A stretch of DNA of 64,000 nt from Desulfosoma sp. (GTDB lineage Bacteria > Desulfobacterota > Syntrophobacteria > Syntrophobacterales > DSM-9756), in contig JBBFKW010000001.1 of NCBI GenBank assembly GCA_037481835.1, forward strand, positions 1-64,000, read 5' to 3'. Under the pieces are notes generated by a model that did not search any database, had not been told where the DNA came from, and saw nothing but the letters and a program-made list of their open reading frames with translations. The position numbers and the translations under genes were made by a program. Positions 28,451-36,963 of this stretch are shown piece by piece (positions within the stretch are counted from its first letter, which is position 1; each line of letters starts with the position of its first letter).

Positions 28451-30679
28451 ATGATGACGCATCGTCTGTTCCGTGTCCTTTTCCTGACCATGACCCTCCA
28501 TGCAGGCTACCTTGCCGCCCAGGGTTTCGGTGCGGCAGCGACCCTGTCCTGGGATCATAGCTCCAGTCCCAATGTGGTGGGATACCGGCTTCACCTGGGG
28601 TCCCAAAGCGGCCACTACGAGCGTTCCGTCGACGTAGGATACACCACCAGCGCAATCGTTCAGGACCTTTCTGACGAAATGCCCACATACATCGCAGCAA
28701 CCAGCTATGATAGCTCAGGCAACGAAAGTGCCTACTCTGAAGAAGTGGTCTATCAACCAGCGGCCCCGGTTCGGGACACTTCGGCCCCGGTGTGGACCTC
28801 GACCCCGGGAATCTGTTCCGCCAAGGACACTCGGGCTGGAGGCTCTGTAATCATTGAGTTCGGATCCGCAACAGACGACAGGGACGGGAGCAATGTTCGG
28901 TACAATCTTTATTTTGCACCGACCGTAAACTGGAACGATGCCGATTGGAATCGCAACATGAAACTCCCCGCCGTGATCCCAACCTCGGGCACCACGTGTG
29001 CCTATGCCTTCATAGTTACCGGTCTCCAAAACGATGTGGCCTATACCTTCGGCGTCCGCGCAGCCGACCAGTCCGGCAACGAAGATGCCAACACCCGCAC
29101 CGCTGCAGCCGCCCCATCCGCCAAAAAAGTTTTGGCTCAATTCAAAGATGACTTCTCCAGCAACTCTCTGTCCCGGTATACCGTGACGCAAACCAGGATC
29201 AACGGGGGAATGGGGCGTTTCCTCTACGACGCTCCGAACACGCGCGCTCAACTGCTCACGGGAAGTTATATAGGCACACAGTTTGCCCGAAAAGTGCCGG
29301 CTGCAACCGATGGTTCCTTTCATATCGACTTTCTTCCCACGGCAAAGCATGCCAAGGGAGGTATCCTTTGGGTTCGTTTGCGACAGGACGTTTCCAACTA
29401 CTACGAGATGAAAAACACAGATGGATACGGTCCCGGATATTTCCGAAAAATCGTCAACGGCCGAATCGTGGACGAAACGGCGTTTGAAAGTGAATTTGAC
29501 CAGAACCAGAATTACGAAATTGCCATAGATTTCGGTCAAGAAATTACAATCTTACAAGCCTTTGGACAAACCTTAACCCTCGGAGCCGAAAAGACTTCCA
29601 TTACAGTGCAAAGATTTGAGATTGAACTCATGCAGCAAGACGCCTACTTCGATAACATTGCCTACGAAGCCTACAAGGTATCCTCCAATAAAGGGGCTCC
29701 AGGTGGACCTCCAACCTTCCGGAACAACGGAAATACCGGAGCAACGGTAAGCGCCGCGACCGCTCAGGGGAATTCCGCTTCCTCCACGAATCAAAGATCC
29801 CGCCAAGCGCTGGCGACAGACTCCTTTTGGACGGCTGTCACCCCCGCTATTCTCTATCCTCTTCCCGAAGACCCCACGGGTTCGAGCAGTCCGGTGGAGA
29901 TCGGGGTCCTGAATGTCGGCGACGTGGGCCGCGATCTCATGTTTGCCGATCGATTCCGGAATCCTGTTCTTCTGACCTTTTCCTTGACACGCTGGGAGAC
30001 GGATCCGTTCCAGGTGCACATTCAGGAGCTGAAGGAAGACCGCGCCCGCCTGCGGCTGGTGGAATGGGCCGACTTCGACGGATGGCATGAGGAAGAAGCC
30101 GTAGCCTACCTTGTCATCGATTCAGGGCATTATCGATTTGAAGGCGGCTTTCACGCTGAGGCAGGCAATGTGGCTGTGGATGCCAGGAGCATTTTCGTGC
30201 ATGTTCCTTTCCAGCAGTCTTTTGATGCGCCCCCTGTGGTGCTGGCACAAGGCTGCGGCAGGGGAAGGGAGCGGCCCGAGTCGTTTCAGATCGTCGCCGT
30301 GGAACACGATGGTTTCACGATATTCATGAACGATTCTCTCGCCGAGGAGGCGTTGGACAAACCGCCTCGAATCTGTTACTTGGCTGTGGAAACCGGTTCG
30401 GGAACGATAGACGGTGCCGTCTTTGAAGCGGGTCGAACAGCGGTTGCCTTGGATGGAGAGGTGTCGAGCGTTTCCCTGCAATCCAATGCGTTGGAACAGC
30501 CCAAGAGTTTTCTGGCTGCCCTGGAATTCTTCGATATGGGAACGCGCCGGCAGCTCATGGGCGAAGTGCCCATGGAAAGGGATGATGTGGTTGCCTTAAG
30601 GGTGGAAACGGAATACCCTTCAGGGCGAAAGCAGCCGAAAGAGGCCGTGGCAGGTTATCTGGCCGTCTCTGGCCAATGA
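28451..30679 (+). CDS. Secreted FN3-domain surface protein with lectin-like domains
   Basis: Signal peptide; FN3 (ATLSWD..GYRLH..TSYDSSGNESAYSEEV); second FN3; C-terminal F..PPVV repeats resembling H-type lectin. Confidence 0.75.
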   Translation: MMTHRLFRVLFLTMTLHAGYLAAQGFGAAATLSWDHSSSPNVVGYRLHLGSQSGHYERSVDVGYTTSAIVQDLSDEMPTYIAATSYDSSGNESAYSEEVVYQPAAPVRDTSAPVWTSTPGICSAKDTRAGGSVIIEFGSATDDRDGSNVRYNLYFAPTVNWNDADWNRNMKLPAVIPTSGTTCAYAFIVTGLQNDVAYTFGVRAADQSGNEDANTRTAAAAPSAKKVLAQFKDDFSSNSLSRYTVTQTRINGGMGRFLYDAPNTRAQLLTGSYIGTQFARKVPAATDGSFHIDFLPTAKHAKGGILWVRLRQDVSNYYEMKNTDGYGPGYFRKIVNGRIVDETAFESEFDQNQNYEIAIDFGQEITILQAFGQTLTLGAEKTSITVQRFEIELMQQDAYFDNIAYEAYKVSSNKGAPGGPPTFRNNGNTGATVSAATAQGNSASSTNQRSRQALATDSFWTAVTPAILYPLPEDPTGSSSPVEIGVLNVGDVGRDLMFADRFRNPVLLTFSLTRWETDPFQVHIQELKEDRARLRLVEWADFDGWHEEEAVAYLVIDSGHYRFEGGFHAEAGNVAVDARSIFVHVPFQQSFDAPPVVLAQGCGRGRERPESFQIVAVEHDGFTIFMNDSLAEEALDKPPRICYLAVETGSGTIDGAVFEAGRTAVALDGEVSSVSLQSNALEQPKSFLAALEFFDMGTRRQLMGEVPMERDDVVALRVETEYPSGRKQPKEAVAGYLAVSGQ

Positions 30680-31162
30680 TTTCCTGCCGGATCAAAGCTC
30701 GTGGCGGGCACAAAGGAGCGGGCCAATTCGTTCGGGGACGAGCAACTGCCTTGATTCCCCCGCTCAATCCCGCCAAGCTGAAACATTTTGATCCCCCTTC
30801 GCCTCTTCAAGGGAATTTAGGCATGCATAAGCCACTGTTTTTACTACTTTATGAAACCAAATGGGTAAGGAAGACGGCTGTCCATACTACAGCATTTCGG
30901 TCTGTATCTCGATTTTCGACTCGGCGAAGAAGATACTGAACAAAACAAGCAGGGGCGCAATGATGAAGAATGACCCTGAAGCTGTGGAGATGATTTCAAG
31001 AAGGATGCGCAACGGCCGGATGGTTGCCGTTTTGGGACAGGGGCATCCACGCTTTGTCAATACCATCGTGAAGGTGTGGGCATAAGTGAGTCAAAAGATG
31101 GTTCTTGATCCGCAACACTGGACCGTCTTGATACTGAAGACGCTAAAGGAGGTGAGAAAGGT

Positions 31163-31315
31163 ATGAATAAAAAGTGTCCATACACGTGCCCGAAGCTCAA
31201 AATCTATGGAAGCATGAAAACCATTACGCAGGCGCACAACTCGCGGCCGCCTTTCGATTTCTTCAACAGGCGAGGCGGACCGGGAGTCAAGTGTCCACGG
31301 CCGCCCATGTCCTGA
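31163..31315 (+). CDS. Lasso-peptide-type RiPP precursor (50 aa; below the ORF track cutoff)
   Basis: RBS AAGGAGGTGA at 31146-31155. Sequence MNKKCPYTCPKLKIYGSMKTITQ|AHNSRPPFDFFNRRGGPGVKCPRPPMS has the YxxPxLxxxGxxxxxTx leader, core Ala1 and Asp9. Confidence 0.8.
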   Translation: MNKKCPYTCPKLKIYGSMKTITQAHNSRPPFDFFNRRGGPGVKCPRPPMS

Positions 31316-31500
31316 TAGGGTCGGGACACAGGGCTGGCCCCCTCGGCCAGCCGCTCAGAGGGGCACCATCTGGGGAATGGGCTTGGTTTTTTGGCTCATA
31401 TCTGTGACCGGGCTCCGGTCCATCAACCTTAGGGGATCCAGACGAAAGGCCATCTTTACGACTCCTTACGCCCACAAGATCCGCCTCGTTTAGCGCGCCG

Positions 31501-31541
31501 TCCGTTGCGGCATTAAACGTGCCGCAACGGACCCCTTTTTT
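31501..31541 (+). terminator. Probable intrinsic terminator
   Basis: TCCGTTGCGGCA-ttaaacg-TGCCGCAACGGA followed by CCCC and a T-run. Confidence 0.55.
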
Positions 31542-31932
31542 GAATGGCTGCCGCCTTAGTACGGGCACGCGCCCGGTAGACCCTGTCCGAGAGGCAACAA
31601 AAAGACCGTTCGTGTTCTTTTTCGCGGCAGGATCATGGCAAAGCCGCCCAGTATGGGTTCCGACCCGGCATGGCAAGGCTTTCACCTCCCAGGAGGCCGT
31701 CCTCAGGCTCCTGGCAAACACGTCATAATGACGAGCCCGTATAGATTACCCGAGTCGTTCGCTAACAATCATGGCATACAAGCGGCCATCACCGCATCCA
31801 TGAAAGAAACTGTGACCGACATGGCTCTTGTGTCGGAGCCGACTCGCAGCTCGACGTGCCATCCCATCTTCGGGAGCCGCAACACGCGCGCGTTTCAGTG
31901 CGGGTCAGCTGAGGGACGGGGGGGACGTGCCA

Positions 31933-32376
31933 CTAAAGGGTCGCGGAGCGGATTTGGTACAGGCCGCGAACGGATGCCGCCGGTTCTCCGGATCCGTCCA
32001 GAATGTCCGCTTCCACGACGAAGTCCGCTTTTCCGTTGGCATCCAGATCCCTTTGGATCCGGGCGATCTCATCCGCCGAAAGGCCTACTTGGATGAAGGC
32101 GTCCGTGGTCACGGGCTTTCGATATCGGATGGTGATTTCCTTGGCCAGGGGGAAGTATTTCCTCGGGTCGAACGTGCAATAGCACAGGGCGCCTCCAGGG
32201 ATTTCCGCAAGGGTGAACAAGGCCCCGGCGTACATGGTCCCCACGTGGTTCTGGTTTCCTTCAAACGGTATGCACAGCCGTACGAAGCCGGGGCGCATCT
32301 CCAGGCACTTCAGGCCCGCGCGGGCCACAAAGGGAATCGCGGTTTCCACCATCCGCCGAATGTCGTCCATGAGCAT
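31933..32376 (-). CDS. Hotdog-fold thioesterase (PaaI/YiiD-like)
   Basis: NQNHVGTMYAGALFTLAEIPGG; IRYRKP. Confidence 0.85.
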   Translation of the reverse strand: MLMDDIRRMVETAIPFVARAGLKCLEMRPGFVRLCIPFEGNQNHVGTMYAGALFTLAEIPGGALCYCTFDPRKYFPLAKEITIRYRKPVTTDAFIQVGLSADEIARIQRDLDANGKADFVVEADILDGSGEPAASVRGLYQIRSATL

Positions 32377-32464
32377 ATCGGAGACCTCCTTGAGTGTGGG
32401 ATCAGGGGGAGCGGGACATCGGGAGTCGTCAGTCGCAAGTCGTGTGTCGTGAATCGGGAGGGCG

Positions 32465-32821
32465 TCAATCGGGAGGACGCCGACGGGTGCGGCCCGCGGG
32501 GGATACGGCCACGAGCTGGCGCCGTTCCACGATCATCCAATCGGCGTGCCGTTCCTTTGTGTCGCCGGACAGTACAGCGTCTTCGATGCGAAGGGATTCG
32601 TGATCGAAGCCGTCCAGGATGCCTTCCACTTCTTCGCCTGTGGCCAGGTAAAAGATGAGGCGCCGTCCGACCACGTCATGGAGGAACGTGCGCCGCGCCG
32701 GCGAGGCCGCCGATTCCGAGCCCCCATGGCGGGCCTCGGATCCCCCTTCCCTTTCCGCGTCCTTCTGGACCACGGTGATGATCGTCTTGCCGTCCTTTTT
32801 TTCCACCACGATGCCGGACAT
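32465..32821 (-). CDS. Small protein with predicted Sm/LSm (Hfq-like) fold
   Basis: FLHDVVGRRLIFYLATGEEVEGILDGFDHESLRIEDA...MIVERRQLVAVSP fits the Sm1/Sm2 pattern; RBS GAGG. Confidence 0.65.
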   Translation of the reverse strand: MSGIVVEKKDGKTIITVVQKDAEREGGSEARHGGSESAASPARRTFLHDVVGRRLIFYLATGEEVEGILDGFDHESLRIEDAVLSGDTKERHADWMIVERRQLVAVSPAGRTRRRPPD

Positions 32822-33020
32822 CGCCGCCTCGGAAGGTCGTGCAGTCGCCAGTGGGGCACTCGCCCATCGTCAATCGGGAGGGAGGAATCCGTCCCGATCC
32901 CAAGGTCGCAGAAAACCACGACCGGGGTCGCTCTGTCAAGGGATCGGCTCTTTTGCCGCCGCTGATTCTCCCGGGAATCGGGGACGTGGACTCAGGGGCC
33001 CAAAGAGCGCGTCCCTCTTC

Positions 33021-34139
33021 CTAGAATTCGTAGGATCTGAAGAGGATGAGATCCGGAACCGTCCGGCGGGCGTACTCTTCCACCTTGGGTCTTACGGAGT
33101 AGACCACGAGGAGCGGCACGAGGCGGCGCCCCAGGTGCCTTCGGACGCGCTCGAGCATTTTCTTGAACCGGTCCACGTCCTTGGGTCCCAAGTGGGCTTT
33201 GCTTTCCCCGATGACCACGACGGATTCGCCGTCCAGGACGCCTTCCCCGTAGATGTTGATTTCATCGTCTTTCCCGTCGGGGTATTCCAGGAAGCGGCGG
33301 TCCATGGCGCCCACATCCAAACCCAAGCGCTGTTTCAGGATGGCCGGCAGGGCCCGGATGGCACGGTCTTCCAGACCGTAGCCCACCGTGTTCGAGAGGC
33401 CGCCCAGTTGTTTTTTCACTTCCCGCATGTCGACGACCAAGCCCCGGACGACTTTTTCCGTCTTTGCCTGTGCGGCGGCGAGTTGTTCCATCCTTTCCGT
33501 GAGGCTGTCCAGCCGCCGTTCGGTGCGCGCCTGCGCCTCGGCAAGCTCCTCCATACGCGCTTCCGTGCGCGCTTGTGCCGCGGCGAGTTCCTCCAAACGC
33601 GCTTCGGTACGGGCTTGAGCGGCTGCGAGCTCCTCAAGGCGCGCTTCGGTACGGGCTTGCGCCGCGGCAAGTTGCTCGACTTTTTCGGTGAGGGCGTCGA
33701 GCCGCCTTTCCGTGCGGGTTTGGGCCGTCGCAAGCTCCTCCATACGCGCTTCCGTACGGGCTTGCGCGGCCGCCAGTTGCTCGACTTTTTCGGTCAGCGA
33801 GTCCAGCCGCGCTTCCATGCGGATTTGCGCGGCCGCAAGTTCCATGACCTTTTCGGTCAGGGCCTCCAGGCGCTTTTCCGTCAAGGCTTGAGCCTGGGCA
33901 AGTTGGCCGACTTTTTCGGTGAGGGCGTCCAGCCGCCTTTCCGTGCGCGCCTGAGCCGCTGCGAGTTCCTCGAGACGTGCTTCCGTGCGGGTTTGGGCCT
34001 CTGCAAGGTCCCTGACCGCAGCGGTGAGCGCGTCGAAATCCTCGCGGGTCACCCGGATTTCGCGCACCCGCTCGTCGATGATCGTGACGATCGCCTTGTA
34101 AAGGTCCCCTGTCAGGCTAAGTTCCGTTCCCTGTGTCAC
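33021..34139 (-). CDS. Heptad-repeat coiled-coil protein with C-terminal PD-(D/E)XK-like nuclease domain
   Basis: About 11 copies of LAAAQARTE.R(L/M); then GYGLED..EINIYGEG..VVIGESK. Confidence 0.8.
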   Translation of the reverse strand: MTQGTELSLTGDLYKAIVTIIDERVREIRVTREDFDALTAAVRDLAEAQTRTEARLEELAAAQARTERRLDALTEKVGQLAQAQALTEKRLEALTEKVMELAAAQIRMEARLDSLTEKVEQLAAAQARTEARMEELATAQTRTERRLDALTEKVEQLAAAQARTEARLEELAAAQARTEARLEELAAAQARTEARMEELAEAQARTERRLDSLTERMEQLAAAQAKTEKVVRGLVVDMREVKKQLGGLSNTVGYGLEDRAIRALPAILKQRLGLDVGAMDRRFLEYPDGKDDEINIYGEGVLDGESVVVIGESKAHLGPKDVDRFKKMLERVRRHLGRRLVPLLVVYSVRPKVEEYARRTVPDLILFRSYEF

Positions 34140-34468
34140 GGTTTTTTCCTCGGATCTGCGGTCCTTCTAAACACCCTCTTCGCCCTTTAAGGGCGTATGG
34201 CCGTCGGCCTGGGCTCATCCCGTGCCTTACCAGGACCTGCTCCCGGCGGCCATGCCCCCCTTTTTCGGATTGCGTCCGCGGGCGTCGAATCGGCCTTATG
34301 GTCCAGATAAAACCCCATCACGGGCAGCCCGTGACAAGGAAGGATGAGAGTCTAGTGGTTACGGTGTCTTACGGAGACTTTCATATAAGATTCTCGGACA
34401 AGCTCCCGGGGGTTCGAGTTTCATCCTTTGTTGCGACACCGCGACGTGCTAGCGTATCCCCGATTTTT

Positions 34469-34560
34469 GTTGGGGTTCGCTGCGCTCACCCCAACCTACA
34501 TTTGCCGGCCGACATCCTTGAATAAATTCGTAGGTTGGGGTGAGCGAAGCGAACCCCAAC
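34469..34560. repeat. Inverted pair of GTAG-family REP-like palindromes
   Basis: GTAGGTTGGGGTGAGCG(A/C)AGCGAACCCCAAC at 34469-34499 (-) and 34530-34560 (+). Confidence 0.85.
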
Positions 34561-34961
34561 CCAGAACTGGATCCGGCGAGACAATGAACCCTGAAAGTCC
34601 TCCCCTTCCAGATTCCGACCGCGACTTTGATATAAACCGAGCACGGTCCGGGGGTCAATGGGAGGTCAAGACCGCGGCAAAAGGTCGGCGCATGCCCGAT
34701 ACGGCTCAGAGGGGATCGGCGTGTGCCTTGCGGGGCCGGCTTTCGGCCTCCCGATCAGGGCGCGTGAGCGGCCCGCCGGACGCACTGGCAGCCGTCGCAG
34801 CGGCAATGGCCGGTTCAAAGACAGTCGACCTCAGAGCGCAAGGAGGCTTCACTTTCCTGTTTCGTTCTTTCACCGAGGCGGAATAAAGGTTGGAATGCTT
34901 TCCAACCCCTGCCCATATCAGCCCTTGCATCGGGACCATTCGGGAGGCGAGGAGGAAGGAG

Positions 34962-35039
34962 TGGCGTCCCCAGCCGGATTTGAACCGGCGTTGCCGGCGT
35001 GAAAGGCCGGTGTCCTGGACCTGGCTAGACGATGGGGAC
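34962..35039 (-). tRNA. tRNA-Glu (TTC)
   Basis: GTCCCCATCGTCTAG...CCGGC-CTTTCAC-GCCGG...GGTTCAAATCC..TGGGGACGCCA; encoded CCA. Confidence 0.97.
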
Positions 35040-35210
35040 GCAACGTGCGGGCTCTATAGCAACCGACCCGGCGCGGTGTCAAGCGCGAAATGCCTCAGGA
35101 GTTCCGGGTAAGCTTCACCCGTGCCCTGACATGCTGGCTCGGTCCCGCGGCTTCCACCCACACTCGACGTGCGGGCACTTCAACGACGACCCGGCCGTTG
35201 AAGCCTCTTT

Positions 35211-35286
35211 TGGTGGGCCGTGCAGGATTCGAACCTGCGACTCTCTGCTTAAAAGGCAGATACTCTACCGACTGAGTTAACGGCCC
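35211..35286 (-). tRNA. tRNA-Lys (TTT)
   Basis: GGGCCGTTAACTCAGTCGGTAGAG..TCTGC-CTTTTAA-GCAGA..GGTTCGAATCC..ACGGCCCACCA. Confidence 0.97.
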
Positions 35287-35583
35287 CCGGATCGCCGCGG
35301 TGCAAAAGACCGCCCGAAAACCGCGCCTTCCTAACACGAACCCTTGCAGGTGTCAAGGCGCAAGATGGCCCGCCGGGCGACGCACAACTTCTTGGGATAA
35401 TTTGAAAATCCCATTTTCAAGGCCTGTCCCGACGGCTCCTTTTCGCCCCTCTTTCCGCTGAAAGCCGCCGGATCGGTGCCGCACGGCCCAAGGATCCCCG
35501 CGGGGCGGCTCCCCGGCACCCTGTGTCCCACCCTCCGGGATCGGCCCCGCGCAGGGGTCCGAGCCCGTCCGAGTCGCCGATCT

Positions 35584-36957
35584 TTACGGTCTTCGCCGGG
35601 GGGTTCCTCGAGGGGCCGCATCGGGTCGGCCGGGGTCATTTCGCCGGGATCTTTCCCTGAAAACCAATCGCACGGGCGTTTTGTCCATGCCGAAGGCTTC
35701 GCGGAATTGGTTCGTGAGGAACCTTTCGTAGGAAAAATGAACCCTTTCCGGCTCGTTACAGAAGACGACGAAGGTGGGCGGCCTCGTGGAAGCCTGCGTC
35801 GCGTAGTAAAATTTCAGGCGGCGCCCGGCGACCAAGGGAGGTTCGTGCTTGGCCGTGACGTCCGAAAGCACCCGATTCACCGCCCCCGTGGTCACCCTCT
35901 TGTTGAACTGGTCGAAAATCTCGCTCACCATGGGAAAGACCCGGGACACCCTCTTCTTGTGCAGGGCGCTTAGAGTCAGGATGGGCGCAAAGGGCAAAAA
36001 CCGGAACCGATCCCGCACGTCTTCCAAAAAGAGGCGCAACCGCTTGGGATCCTTGGGAACGGCGTCCCACTTGTTCACCGCAATGAGGCATCCCCGGCCG
36101 CGCTCCTGCACATAGCCGCCCACGTGCAGGTCCTGGTCCGTCACGCCTTCCACGGCATCCACCATGAGGACGACCACGTGGCTTCGGTCGATACTTTCCA
36201 AGGCCTTGACGACGCTGAGCTTTTCCAGCTTTTCCCGGGTGCGCCCCTTGCGGCGGATGCCGGCCGTGTCGATGAGGAGAAACCGCCGGCCCAGGGCTTC
36301 CACGGGGGTGTCCACGGCATCCCGGGTCGTCCCCGGAACGGGGCTGACGATGACCCGTTCTTCCCCCAGCAGAGCGTTCACCAGGGTGGATTTTCCCGTG
36401 TTGGGACGGCCCACGACGGCGACGCGGATTTCGGGGTTTTCCTCGGCGGTGTCGTCTTCCCACGGAACGGGAAGGGCCTTCGTCACGGCATCCAGAAGGT
36501 CGGCCACGCCCAAGCCGTGGGCGGCGCTCACCGGGTAAATCCTTTCCACCCCCAGGGCGTAGAATTCGGCGACGTGGACGTTCTGTTCCCGGCCGTCCAC
36601 CTTGTTGACGGCGTAGAAGACGGGTTTTTGGGACTTGCGCAGGAGGTCCACGAGTTCCCTGTCGTTGGGATGGAGCCCCGTTCGGGCGTCGGCGAGGAAA
36701 ATGACGGCGTCGGCTTCTTCCAGGGCGAGGAGCACCTGGCGGCGGGTTTCCTCGGCGAAGGTTCCGGCGTCGGGATCCGTAAAGCCGCCGGTATCCATGA
36801 CGATGAAGCGGCGATCGGCGTATTCGGCGGGGGCGGAAAGCCTGTCCCGGGTCACGCCGGGCCGATCGTCCACCAGAGCCTGCCGGGTTCTGCAGATGCG
36901 ATTGAAGAGCGTGGATTTGCCCACGTTGGGGCGTCCCACAATGGCCACCACGGCCAT
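35584..36957 (-). CDS. der: Ribosome biogenesis GTPase Der (EngA)
   Basis: Two GTPase domains (GRPNVGKST and GRPNTGKST) plus KH-like tail. Confidence 0.97.
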   Translation of the reverse strand: MAVVAIVGRPNVGKSTLFNRICRTRQALVDDRPGVTRDRLSAPAEYADRRFIVMDTGGFTDPDAGTFAEETRRQVLLALEEADAVIFLADARTGLHPNDRELVDLLRKSQKPVFYAVNKVDGREQNVHVAEFYALGVERIYPVSAAHGLGVADLLDAVTKALPVPWEDDTAEENPEIRVAVVGRPNTGKSTLVNALLGEERVIVSPVPGTTRDAVDTPVEALGRRFLLIDTAGIRRKGRTREKLEKLSVVKALESIDRSHVVVLMVDAVEGVTDQDLHVGGYVQERGRGCLIAVNKWDAVPKDPKRLRLFLEDVRDRFRFLPFAPILTLSALHKKRVSRVFPMVSEIFDQFNKRVTTGAVNRVLSDVTAKHEPPLVAGRRLKFYYATQASTRPPTFVVFCNEPERVHFSYERFLTNQFREAFGMDKTPVRLVFRERSRRNDPGRPDAAPRGTPRRRP

Positions 36958-36963
36958 GGTTTT

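Noticed and set aside
30861..31085. 74-aa ORF upstream of the lasso-type precursor as an RRE/PqqD protein
   Set aside because: No PqqD-like pattern (LN..G..IW) and no convincing RBS.
33470..34010. Tandem DNA repeats as a CRISPR or non-coding array
   Set aside because: The units are in-frame coding heptads with synonymous variation and no unique spacers.
34469..34560. CRISPR mini-array (two 31-bp repeats with a 30-bp spacer)
   Set aside because: The repeats are inverted rather than direct, other copies are dispersed, and there are no cas genes. REP fits better.
34962..35039. tRNA-Glu as the integration site of the left-hand island
   Set aside because: No duplicated tRNA 3' end and no integrase seen in the window.
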